DNA of 63,989 nucleotides, filler included, from Reticulomyxa filosa (Eukaryota > Protista > Foraminifera), in assembly GCA_000512085.1 (NCBI GenBank). It is 11 parts of 11 records of this genome, joined end to end, with 100 filler letters (N's around TTAATTAATTAA, not from the genome) between each part and the next. Parts side by side here need not be neighbours in the genome. Positions count along the whole stretch, not along the records: positions 13,848 to 23,061 come from ASPP01008192.1; positions 23,162 to 35,235 come from ASPP01006075.1; 9 more parts are not named here. One strand, written 5' to 3'. How positions within the stretch are numbered: the first letter of the stretch is position 1; the number at the start of each line of letters is the position of its first letter. The position numbers and the translations under genes were made by a program. Below, piece after piece: positions 14,366-26,729 of this stretch. The notes under the pieces are model-generated. The model had not been told where the DNA came from. It searched no databases and was given only the letters and a program-made list of their open reading frames with translations.

Positions 14366-14613
14366 CTTTTCCTACAAATCCTTCCCAATGGTTTTTGGAA
14401 CACAAAGTTCCCCCGTTGTTTTGCTTCAAAATTGCCTAATTTTAACTCTTCCCACATGAAGAAACTCTACCTGATACACGCAAAATTGCCAGAAAAAAAG
14501 ACGCACAAACAATCAGCAACCACGCTTTCTCTCTTTTTGCGCCAGTCTTTTTCAAAAATTTGGGGCGCAAAAAAAAGTTTTTTGAAAGATTTTATCTTTT
14601 TTATGGATTGAGA

Positions 14614-16327
14614 ATGGCAACTGATAGTGCTAATGAGTTTCAACAAAATGTCCAACGTGGTCTCGATTATCTAAAAGTTTTGTTGTTCTCTTATTTTCTT
14701 CTTAGCTGTTAATGTAGTAGTCGACAAAACTAAAAAAGGCAAACAAGAAAATCGAATAAAAAAAAAACTCAAACAAAAAGGGATCAGACCAAATTATTGG
14801 GGATATAGTCGCTTATTGCGTAAATGCATACAAAGCAGAACCCCAACCGAAAACGTTGGAACGTATACGCCAGTATGTCCAAGACACGGCGAACAGTGTA
14901 TCGGAGCACACATTAAATATCGCCCACAACTTGTCCAAGCTCTTGGAACAAGAGACGAGAGAAATCGAGCAACTGACCTATGAATCAGGATTTGTAGCTC
15001 ATGTAAGATGTTTTTTTTTTGGTTGGGCGATGACAAGGTTGCTATTTTTTTTAAAATAGTCTCAATTGACTAACGAAGTCATCGTTTAAAAAAAAGGAAT
15101 GCTTTACGTAAATGTGTCTTGTCTTAATGTGTGGTATATAGAGATTGCAAACAAGCCAAAGTTACATGTGCGAATTGTTTATGACAAAATTTCAAGTATA
15201 CCCACGTCCGCGAAAAACAGTACACATTATCCGCAAAACGATTCCAGGTAAGGTTTTGAACAAAAATGCGTCTCTTCGATTTTGCGTGTTTTTTGTCCCC
15301 TTTTTTTTTTCCTCAACTTTTTTAAAGAAAGGGGGGGGGGAAGAAAAAAGTTTATTTTTAGTAAATTTTTTTTCCCCCAACGGAGAGTAGAAAAAAAAAA
15401 TCAACATTAAAAAAAAAAAAAAATTAGAAAAGAGGACCAATTACCAAAAAATGTTCGCCCCAAACGTTGGGTTCGTGAGAAGGCATTTGATTACACAATA
15501 TTGGACAGCATCTCCGATGAAAAGCCGGCACCGCTATCGAAGCCTCGTTCTGCGGGAGGAGAAAGCGTGACAAGTTTCCCAGGGCTAATTCGTTCTCCAT
15601 CAGCAGCTGATCCGGTACCTCCACTGTTTTCTCAATCGTTGGATCCAATATCATCAGGACGACCTGTTTCGCCAAAGGCGCACACGCCCAAGAGCGAAAC
15701 CACGGAAGTGCGAATGGATCAGCACGTGACAGCCAAAACACAAACTGTGATCCCACCATCTGTTCCAACTGTCCCAACTGTTCCGGCTGTGCCTTCGGTT
15801 CCATCCGTCCCGCTAGTGCCTTCTGTTCCGTCGGTTCCTCCAGTACCTGGCAGTACGTCGTCAAGTACGTCCCCTCCATCTATACCGCCGATACCCAAAG
15901 TCAACTCTGGCCCTCCTCAGCCCCCAATTCCACCTGTTCCAAATCAGTCCTCTGGAGGAAGTGGAGGAGCATCCGCAGAGCCCCCGGAAGAAGTGAAGCC
16001 GTTTTTGAAGATGCTCAAGGTCGGAGTGCCGCGATCGGGTGTGGAAACCAAAATGCAAGCCGCTGGATTGGACCCGGCGTTACTGGGCCAATATGTAGAT
16101 GGAGGTCCGTCACAAGCAGCTAGCAGTCCTGCTACCAATAGACCTCCTAATCCAATGGTTGCTGCTCTTAAAGCACGAATGCACAAGCTTCAGGAGGCGG
16201 ACCACCTGCACCCCCACCGATTCCTTCTGCCAATTCTCCACCACCACCTGTTCCTTCTACAAACTCTGGGCCACCTCCTCCTCCTGTGCCAACTCCACCC
16301 CCAGTGCCAGTTCCACCACGTCCTTAA
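14614..16327 (+). CDS. Abi (Abl-interactor, SCAR/WAVE complex)-like protein with Pro-rich region and a CCDC53/WASHC3-type C-terminal module; 4 exons, frameshift near 16178
   Basis: IVAYCVNAYK..KTLERIRQYVQDTANSVSEHTLNIAHNLSKLLEQETREI matches the Abi N-terminal helices, and RPKRWVREKAFDYTILD matches Abi RPVRYIRKPIDYTVLD. PxV repeats follow, then KPFLKMLKVGVPRSGVETKMQAAGLDPALL and a polyproline tail ending PPRP*. Confidence 0.8.
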
Positions 16328-18430
16328 ACCTGTTGGAATACGGATTTGTTGTACAATTTTTTTTTTTTTTTCTGTTGACGCTCTTTGTGTACTGGCAAAA
16401 CTAACTGTTGTCACAATCTGAAGACTTTTTTGTGTATATCACCTGAAGAAGCAAAAATATTGATGATACTTTCAATTCTTTCTACTTATCTGTCATTTGG
16501 CTGTAATATCTTGTTTTCATTCAGTGAAAAAAATCATTTTTTATTTGTTAAAAAATTAGTGACAGCTCATTTTAAACTGAGTTTAACAATGAAAAATTAC
16601 AACAATTTTACATTGGTTTTGAATTATGTGCCGAACTGGTTAATCTTTTTTTTAATTGACAGATAAGTTAGGCGAAATAGAATGCACGAAGCTAAGAGGC
16701 ACGCCTGTCCTTAGTATACAAAGTTTAATCAGTTGGCTTGTTATATTTTGAAAGAAATATTTATATAACCAATAAAATACTATATATGTACATTACTGCC
16801 ATGTCAAGACCAAAATTGATGGTGATAGCAGTCCTGCAGCAAAGGCAGTAATTAAGTCAACGGAAAAAAGTCACATGAGTCAATAGTAAATAACATGAGA
16901 TCAACTGCCAAAGAAAAGATTTTAATGCTAAATTCGAAAAAAGAATTCTATTCAGTAGAAAAATATTTTACAGAATAAATTAGATTGTTCTCAATGATGC
17001 AAGATTCTTGTCAACTTAAAAAAAACACATTTTAGAATCTTTTTTTAGTTTAATTTAATAATTTGTATTTTTCGAGTTCTTTTAAATGTTTCATAACTTA
17101 TGATTGCAAAAGGGGCCAAAGTCTAGACTACATCAGTATGTATATAGTCATATACTTCATATACTAGCACATATTGTGTTATTCAAAATTGTTATGCGAC
17201 ATTCACCTTTTGATCTTATCTATATTTAGTTTTTTTTTGTTAAATTAATTATTATTTATATTAACCTACTATTTTGGGTGTAATGTAGTCTGTTTGACAA
17301 TATGTTTCTTTTTGTTTTGGTTTTTCAGCTCTATATGTACTATCAGATAATGCAGGTAAACTGGTTTTACAAGTTTAGCATTAATTTGATATTTTGATTT
17401 ACATGCTAAATTTTTTATATAGATAATGTAATGCAAATATTAACGATAATTTCTTTAAGAAATATTTAATATCACATTGTATATCTTTATATGTTCTCTA
17501 GTATATAACACTTAAACATTTAATTATTGATTTCTTGAATATGCAAAATGTTTGTAGATAAATATCACGTACAATAAAGAAATATTAACTTTTTCAGTTT
17601 GTCACAATACCGAACGATTGACTAGTTTATATCATGCTTGTATCTATTCAAACAAAACTATATTTAAAATTAAAACTATAATATGCGGCATAATGTAACG
17701 TTCCAACAAGAAATATATTAAAACTTCATATAAGATATTAATAGAAGCGATTCTAGTATAATTTGTTGGAATTTTGAAGCTATTGACTTACGAATAAAAT
17801 CTGTTGACATTAAACGAACAGAAACAACGTTGGAAAAGATATATTATCTGTTCAAAAATTAAAAACAATAAAAACACGTTATCTATCAGAAACATACATT
17901 TGTACCCATTTTACATTTAAGGGAAAATGTGAATGTTGACAAAAATAGAAGAACAAAAGTGACAAGTCATAATGTTTATTGCCAAGGTTCAAGTGATTCT
18001 TGAAATCTCTTTTCTCAAAACTGTCTACAATACAAACGAAAACTATCTAACTTGACCTCTGACACTTTTTGTTTTGCACTTAAGTGTATTGATTTTATCA
18101 TTTGTTTTTAATTATGTTATTTCAAAAAATTAAGATGGACAAATTTTTTAAAATTACGTCTTGGTATAGTTTTTTTCACATTAGTACACGATATTGAATT
18201 ATATGAATTAAATTTTTTTTATATATGGAGTAATTGTCAAAAAAATTAATTACTCAATCAAACTGGAGAAAGTTTAAATTAATTTTTGATAATCAAACTT
18301 AGGAATATGCATTTTTATCAAGAATTTATTTGAACAACAATAACAACGCTAAGTCCAGGGAAGTGAAAGAATTTTCTGAAATTTTCGTGGCATTTTTTCC
18401 CCCTTTTTGGTCTGGTAATCCTTAGCGTCA

Positions 18431-20042
18431 ATGTCAGCCGAAGACTACACACCAATTTTCAAGCTACCAGTGTATAAAAATCGGAATAAGAAAAGACCAC
18501 TGAGAAATGGATTAGAGATCAGTAATACTTTCACGAGTCGTAAGTCAGTGTACTTGAACCGTGTCAATGTTGTCATATTTGGATTTGGTCTAATTGGTCG
18601 CAAATTAGTGGAGAGAATAGTGGCTTGTCGCGACCTCCACAAAAGTGTTTGCCATCTGCAGCACAGTGTAAATGCAATATTTGATAGCCAAGGATACATA
18701 TACAATGGAGATGCTCTTGGAAATGCAACTGGATTATCTGATGGCACGCTGATCCAAGCAATTGAATGGAAACAAAAACAGAATTCGCTCCGTGTATTTC
18801 GAGACGCAGGCTATTACATGAACGATTTCGAGGTTCATTTTGTTTTTTGTTTTTTTTTTCTAAGATGTAAAAAGCTTCGAACCTTGTTATTGTTTTTTGT
18901 TGTTATGCAGAGAATGCGTGTCAATTTATTGAGCGAAAAAACCATTTTGGTAGACTGCACAAATTGCAGTGACGAATTGGAATATGCGTTTACCCAACAC
19001 TCCAAGAAAGGCGGAGGGGTCGTATTTGCCAATAAAAAACCATTGTGTTTGTCACAACAAACCTTTGAACACGTTTAGGTGCAATCAGCTGTGTTTGTTC
19101 ATTATATAAACTCATTGACATACACACGTAGCTCAGAGATAATAATGAGTTGTTGTGTATGTTGTACAAAAGTACTGCACAGGGCCACGCGTTCATCGAT
19201 TTGGCTATTCCGCAGCTTTGGGTGGAAGCAGTCAATTTATCAATACGATTTCCAATTTGATTAATTCGGGAGATACCATTTGGTATTTGGAGGTATTATA
19301 ATCGTGAGAGTTGTTTTTTGATTTTTGATTGGTTGATAACCAATCAATTTTGTTAAGTGTAAAACAAAAAAGTCTGACAAAAACACGAAATAAATTTTAA
19401 AAAAAAGGGAATCGTTAGCAGCTTTTGGAATTATGTGTTGTCAAATTATAAATGTGGATCAACTCGATTCAGTGATTTATGTGTGGAAGCTCATAAAAAA
19501 GGACTTAGTATGTCCGATATTCGAGAAGATTTGGCTGGATTGGATTTAGCGAGAACAGTAACAATACTAACCAGAACCCTTGGATGGGATGAGGATGCAT
19601 TTGCAGAGGAGACAAAAAAAGACAGCTCTTGAAATGCTTTTATGATATGATCCCCATTGAATTGTTTTGGAACCCAAACATAAATGTCTATGACTTTATG
19701 AAGCATTTGAGGTCTTTAGATCACTCTATTGATCAATACCTTGCACAAAAACAATCGGCCAATTCTCATGGAAAAGGCAATTTACGCTGTATCGTTAAAA
19801 TGAACTGTGAAACAGAAACATTAGCTATTGATATTGAAAGCATAAATGAAGACAGTGAATATCAAATGGCGAAGAATGACATGTGTGCCTTAAAAATTTA
19901 TACCGATGTTTACAAGAAAGAAAATAATGAGCACTTATTCATTACTGGGAAAGGCGCTGGACCAGATGTAACTGTTAATGGTGTTTTAATGGATCTAAAT
20001 AGAGTTGCTTATGTCATGGATAACGATACCTTGAATAATTGA
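18431..20042 (+). CDS. Homoserine dehydrogenase-like protein, probably catalytically inactive; 4 exons, frameshift at A-run 19614-19620
   Basis: Motifs VVIFGFGLIGRKL, ILVDCT, VVFANKKPL, FGYSAALGG..INTISNLINSGDTIWYLE|GIVSS, DIREDLAGLDLARTVTIL and LFITGKGAGPDVTVNGVLMDL. Introns 18833-18910, ~19070-19171 and 19293-19407 are all GT-AG. Confidence 0.88.
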
Positions 20043-20685
20043 AAAGAAAAATCGATTGCTCTTATTCAATATTGCCATTATGAGGTTATCCAAAAAAGTG
20101 TGAGTTATTACAATCTTTTTTATTATTACTCACGTTATCGTTAAATTATATGTTTTGCAACTTTTACTTTTTATTAAGTGAAAAACATCTCCATAACTTC
20201 GCATACTTAACACAAATCTGAGCAGTTTCACTTGGACAATAACTATTTTAAAATTACAAGTCGATCAGCACAATAAAATTTTTTTTTTCAACTGATCCAT
20301 TATGTCGTTATATTATTTAAACTGCATTTTTTTCTAGCTGAAAAATGTATCACCACGCTTCAGTCAAAATTACAAATGAAAATTCGTGTCGAGATCTTTT
20401 ACTAATTGAATCCAAAGATATTTCAGATAAAAAATTTTTTAACAAAAATTATATATTTTTGGTGATATTTTTGAGGCTTAGAATAAGTTTCTACAGAAGT
20501 TTTGCATGTTAGGAATGGACGTGCAGATGAAAATAATATATTTCGTGAAACTGCATTTTTTGGGATGAGTTCAAGAGATAGTGAAATCAGCAAGAAAATC
20601 AACTATTGACAAATCTCAAGCAAACATGTCTTCACGACATTTGCTCCTCTCCCTTCACTGGTTTGTTTTTGTACAAGTTCGGGCT

Positions 20686-22950
20686 TTATTTGGTCAACAT
20701 GAACACCTGTGAACAAACAACAAACATTTGTGATACGGTAAAAAAAAAGTGATAATAATAATAGACATCATACCTCAAAATCTTTCACCATAAAGTTGTA
20801 TTGTCCTGCCAACAATGTATTGTTCTTTGGACACGCATAGCTATGACCTGCATTTGCATAACTGCTTGTATTAGTATTGGCAGCATTTGCGATAGTGAAA
20901 TCATAGCCACCACCTATAAAAATAAACAAAACAACAAGACACATTAAAATCGACGACATCAAGCAAAATGGGAAGAGCTTGAAAACATCTTAATAGACGC
21001 ACCAAAAGTTGGTCCATTGCCACCGCCATGATACACTGAGTATTGTGTCTGTGTAACCTTCCATTTTCCTTTCTTGGGAGTAACATTTTTGCCAGCTCTC
21101 AGCAAAAATATCCACGAGTTATTATCTGATGCATAGTTGCCACTTGACGTCCAAGCAATTGAGGTGTAACCACCAAAGACGTGATTCATAGTGGATTGAA
21201 TAACAGTCACAGTGGTTCCGGCTTTATTCATTCAAAACGACAGATTGAAACAAACAATGAGTCATCCAAAAATAGGAAGTTAAAAAAAAAAAGGGGATAC
21301 AGACATTTGTTATCTAATTTAGCATGGAACTGGGATGCACCAAAACCATGTTTGCTTGCTCGGAACATAAGTTTCCATCGTTTTTTGCGATCGGACGTAG
21401 GTAGCCATCGAAGAAGTTGTTTTTTTTCTTCGGGTTTCAAAATCTTTGAGTCGATGATCAATTTCTTGGTAGTGAATATTTGCGGGTTGCAAAAATCACC
21501 CCATCCACTTTTGTTTTTAGCTCGTGCACGCACAGCATAGTCGGATTGGTCCAACAATTGTTTGATAACACAATGATACTTTCGCGAAGGATTATATCGG
21601 CCCACCTCCAAATACTTTTCAGGGACTTCAACAACGCTGGCCAGTTCCCATTCCAATTTGGACATGTCAACGTTGTTAATGTCAAATGCTTCAACAACTT
21701 CTGTTTTTTCCTTTTTAGGCTCTTTCTCTTTGTCGGCATTAGTGTCCGTAGTGTCCGTTTTGGTTGTTGATTCACCACTTGTGATCGCGGTGGGGGTTGT
21801 CGAGGTCACCTCAGTTTTGTCCTTCTTTTCTTCTTTTGGTTCCGTATCATCCCCCCCTTTTTCTTTCTCCTTGTCCTTGTCCTTGTTTTTTTTTTTCTTC
21901 TTTTTTTTGTCGTCTTCGTCACTTTGTTCTTCGCTCTCCTCTTCTGCGCTTTCTTCTTTTTCATCGCTGTCTTCAGCTTCGCTGTTCTCCTCGCTTTCTT
22001 TTTCATCCTCTTCCTCACTGTCCTTGTCTTCATCGCTGTTCTCTTCGCTGTCCTTGTCGCTGCCGCTTTCATCGCTTTTACTTTCATCGGAATCGCTGTC
22101 CTTGCCTTTTTTCTTCTTTTTTTCTTTTCCTTGTCCTTGTCCTTGTCCTTATCCTTATCTTTGCTCTTCTTTTTCTTTCCGACATTCAGTTTTCTTTTCG
22201 CCGGTTTCTGTTTGGAGTTGGTGTGGATCAGCGCAATTTCCACGGCATACTCGATCACTTTGTGTACCAATACTTCATCATCGCACGTTAATTCGAGCGC
22301 AATGCTGTCAAAGCTGATCTTCGCAATCTTCAACCCAGGTTGGTACGGTTGATCGCAATCGTCAATGCCCAACTGCTCCAAAAATGTCGTTAGCATTTGA
22401 TTTTCGTATCCTAAGCGCAGCTTCGGTTGTGTCACTAGCGTCAATTGAATATCTTTGCGTCCTGTCAGCTCATTCACCAATCCAATTATCCTTTTCTTGC
22501 GGGTGTGCACGTCCAATGACGAATCCGCAATTGTTTTTTCATACACCTTTTTGCCCTATTTTGTTGTTTTGTTTTATTATTATTATTTTTTTTTTGGACA
22601 TGCGATAAACCTATCTCAAAAAAAAAAAAAAAAAAAAAAGTAATACGTAACGTCTTCCAATTCTCTTTGGTAAGAGCGGAGAACTTGTAATTGCTGGTCT
22701 AATTTGTCGCTCTTTTCGACGCGAATTCGGATCATGTCCTCTTTCAACACGTTTTTTCGTTCGAGCAGCCGCTGAATGGCCATGTCGATTTTTTTGTTAA
22801 TGTCGTCTTTGCACAGCTTGGAGCCCAGTTCAAGAAGTTGTGAGCACCCATTCAAATTCTGAATCAGCAATGACGTGCGAATAAAGCGTTCATACAATTG
22901 AGTGATCATCTCATGTTCTTGGGATGTCACCACCGCAGCCGTGCCATCCT
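20686..22950 (-). CDS. Coiled coil + FN3 (split by a long Lys/Asp/Glu insertion) + TLDc domain protein; 5' truncated, frameshift near 22120
   Basis: FN3 end LLDQSDYAVRARAKNKSGWGDF, then TLDc IIDSKIL..WKLMFRASKHGFGASQFHAKLDNK|SGTTVTVIQSTMNHVFGGYTSIAW..DNNSWIFLL..GPTF|GGGYD..FMVKDFE|VFMLTK*. Confidence 0.88.
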
Positions 22951-23203
22951 CCCTTATGCGATACTATGTGAGCAAACAATGGTTGTCATTGTATGTTATT
23001 ATTATTGACTTGTATACCCAAAAAAAAAAAAAAAAATTTTTTTTTTTTTTTTTTTTTTTTTNNNNNNNNNNNNNNNNNNNNNNNNNNNNNNNNNNNNNNN
23101 NNNNNTTAATTAATTAANNNNNNNNNNNNNNNNNNNNNNNNNNNNNNNNNNNNNNNNNNNNATATGTATGTATGAGATGTAATGAAATATATGTCAATGA
23201 ATA

Positions 23204-24648
23204 CTAAGTTAATTGATTGAAAAAAAGCCTTTCCAATAGCCAATGGCCGGATATGTCATGCCATTTTTCCATGACAGGAGTTGGTAGTGCCGCACTTCCG
23301 CACACCATTAGCCGAAACTTGGCGCACGCTTTTTTGCATGCCTTTTGTTGTTCTGGCGACATCTTGTGGGTGTTAGGTGTGTTCGACTTTATGTTGACTT
23401 TGATATTATAAAAAAAAAGTAAATAAATAAATAAAAGTATATACGCACATATATATACATATATATATATGTATATATATGTAAATAGATAAGTGCAAAT
23501 AAGACAAACGTGTTCAAATGCTTCGATCAATTTGCTATACACCGTTGGAACGGCCATGAAGACATTGAGTGTCTCCAAATTCTGAAAGTGCTGCCAACAC
23601 TTAAGCGCCTCAAAACTATCAAATGTGATTTTGGCGCCGGACGCAATTGCGCACAGTGTTATATTAACCAAGCCGTGCACATGGTGCAAGGGAAGGATGT
23701 TCAAAATGTGATCGTTGCACGTCCATTTCCATGCTTTTGTCAACATTTCCACGCTGGCATCAATGCTTTGATGAGTATGAACAGCACCTTTGGGCTATTA
23801 TATACATATATAAATATACATATATAAATGTATATATATATGTATATATAAACATATATGTACATATATATGTATGGAGTAAGTCTCTCCAACACAAGAT
23901 TGGTAACATTAACTGCACTTGTAGTTCCGGAAGTATATATGAACAACGATGGAAGATGGTATTCACTCTTGTTTGTTGGGTCAATTGGTTTCCATTCGTT
24001 TGTTAATACTATCTCATCCATTTATTTATTTTTTTAATCCGTCCCCCTCCCCCCCCCTGCTCCCTCCTACTCCATGTTCGGCTTTATGGACATTTCCTCA
24101 CTCCGTTCTTTACTCACTCACTCTCTCTCTTTTTCACGTATCACACAGAAACAAAGATGGCATGTGTGATGACAAAAGCAACTGCTTTCAAGTTTGTTGT
24201 CGAAATGGTCGTGGGTCACCAAATATGGAATTCCGTTACTTTGCGATAAATGGACGGCTTTGTCGAGCATAGACGGATGCGTCAGCAAAAGACACGCTTC
24301 GGAGTCCTGGATATAGTAATTCATTTCATTCAGTGGATGTGAGGTACACAAGGGAACACTGACACAGCGATTGTTCCAAATGGCCAGTGTACTGGTTATA
24401 TACTCCATCGATGGAGGGACAAGCACTGATATTCGAGGTGGGTAATTGTCTTCACGTTTCGACTTGGAATTACTCGTTTGGGAACGGAGCTGACTTTGCA
24501 ACGCTTGTGATAAACGACAGGTGTGTTGTTTCAGATCTTGATACGTAAATCCTAATCTTGAAGAAGTCGCTTGCTCAACACAAATACGAGCAGGATATTC
24601 CAACACAGAGCGAAACACTTTCATGCTACTAATTTGATTAAATAACAA
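23204..24648 (-). CDS. ACSF3: Malonyl-CoA synthetase / acyl-CoA synthetase family member 3-like (3' truncated; exact start uncertain)
   Basis: Motifs SVPLCTSHPLNEMNYYIQDS, FIYTSGTTSA|PKGAVHTH, AWKWTCNDHILNILPLHHVHGLVN, FMAVPTVYSKLI and FRLMVCGSAALP..GHWLLER. Confidence 0.9.
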
Positions 24649-25068
24649 GGGTCACAGACAAAACTGAACTGTCGTTTGACCGAAAATAAAGACAGGCTGC
24701 ACCAAATTACTTGAGTTTGTGGTTAAATGCAAATGTACTCTTTGTGATTACCATTACAAAATTATTTCCAACTTTAAATTGAAAATGACTCTGAATTGAT
24801 CCAGTCCCTCAATATTTCATAGTTAAATATGAGTTAGTATTTTGACGCATATATCGGTTAGTCAATTATCACAAAGACTTTAAAAGTGAATCATTAACGA
24901 ACAATAAAACAATTTTCCATTGAAAAAGGAACTAAAAAAGAATGTATTTGGATTTTTAAAAATTGAATCGATATAACGAAAATTACTTGTTGTAGCACAA
25001 CAAAGCTACCCAAATTTAATTCAAAAGTAAAAACATTTGGAGAACCAGAATAACACTTATCAACAAGT

Positions 25069-26340
25069 CTATTTTGCTTCTTCAACTTCATAGTCGGGAA
25101 CGATACGTGTTCCAGCAATAATTTCTTTTTGGATTTCCTTTGGATTCTTTCCTTCCACAGTGCAGCCAATAGAAACACAAGTGCCCAATATTTCTTTGAC
25201 TGTGCCAGAAAATAATCTTGCATTTGATCGTGGTCTCATCTGTTTAGCGCATTCTACAATATCTGCAAATGTCAAATTGCCATTGTGTTTGATATTTTTT
25301 TCTGTTCATCCCAAGTTGTTATTTGCCATTCAAACTAACCATTTTATTGTCATTCACTTTTATTTTTTATTTTTTTAATTTTTTTTTTGTAACCCTTCCA
25401 TTCCCCCTCTCTTTCGATTTGTGTTTAATGGCCAAAAAAAGGCACGCATTATCGAACAACCAATTTACTTCCCCTACAACTCTCTCCTTGAGGTTATTAT
25501 TTTTTGATTTGGTTGTTTCAGTTAATGTTGTTTTTTGAATTCCTTTGTGTCCTTTCATTTGCCATGGGCTTAGTCTATGGTTGTGTTGATTGGCATTTGC
25601 AAATTACCTTTTTTGCGATCTCTGGCAGGTTCTTTCAAAGCTCGGATAATTAATGCAGACGCACTGGGAACAACGGTGATGGTTGTTTGTCTGTTCACGA
25701 TATCTATTTTGATTCTATTTTCAAAACCCCATGTCCCCCCCGACATTTCTTTTTAATTGTGTAATCATTGTTTTGGTTTATTCTTTTACATATCTCATTT
25801 CACCTTTTTTTATTATTATTTTCCTTCCCTTGTCGTTCCCCTTTTTCTTACCAAAAAAGTGCAAATTAAAAAGGGGGAAAAAAAGACCCAAACACGCAGA
25901 CACGCAAACCAAACAAAAATTCACATATTTTTTTTTGTTTTCACTTAACGTGATACCCATGCCTTTCCAATCTTTTGTTGCTGCGGCAATATCATCTCCA
26001 AGTTTTTTTGGAGACTATTTGGATTCACACACATAAATAATAAAAAATTGCAATTTTGAGCGTTTTTACATTACCGTGTTAATCTCCCATTTTTATTCAC
26101 ATTTCACATAAGCAATACAAACAAAAAAAAAACATACAATCCCCAAAGGACCAGTTTTTGGGGCCAACACTGCAGCAGGTGCAGGCTCACCACCTCGACA
26201 ACGCATGATAACTATTTTTGCGGAGATATACAAAAAACACACAGTTTTTGACTTCATTGCTTCGGTCATCCCAAGTTCAATGTCGAGATTCACTTCTGTT
26301 AACTTGTAGTCACTGCAGCTGCATCACCAGGGCCTGGCAT
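25069..26340 (-). CDS. RPL12: 60S ribosomal protein L12 (uL11), 5 exons
   Basis: [12 protein letters not shown]|[25 protein letters not shown]|[22 protein letters not shown]|[31 protein letters not shown]|[36 protein letters not shown]. Four GT-AG introns, frame intact. Confidence 0.97.
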
Positions 26341-26729
26341 TGTTGTTTACGATGTTATCTGAAAATTACAAAGGAAAAAACCAAAACAATATACAAACAA
26401 ATTTTGGGGAGAAAATTCACACTTTGTGTTTTCTCCGTGTTTTTTTACAGAATTGCCGAGTAATCTTTACAAAGTAAATTAAATAAAAATCAAAAATTGA
26501 ACACTCAAGTATTGAAAACCTTTAAAAACGCAACTCATCTCACAATAAATGTTTTGAGCTTTGACAATAAAGGATTAGTGATTTTCAAAGCGTTCGAAAA
26601 ACTTGGGAAGGAAGACAACTGTTTAAATCTCAATGGAACCTTATTCAACCTTGTTTGACGGGCGAGTGAGTGAGGAACTTTTTTTAAGTTGGGGTGCGAA
26701 AATATATTCGAATAAAAAGGGGCAAAAAT

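Noticed and set aside
15755-15850. 9-bp-period tandem repeat
   Set aside because: It encodes the P-x-V repeat of the Abi-like protein with synonymous variation; it is not a CRISPR or satellite.
12688-22352. Long antisense or alternate-frame ORFs (e.g. 12688-13341, 15424-15879, 21658-22317)
   Set aside because: They are shadows of real low-complexity or GC-richer coding sequence on the other strand, with no independent motifs.
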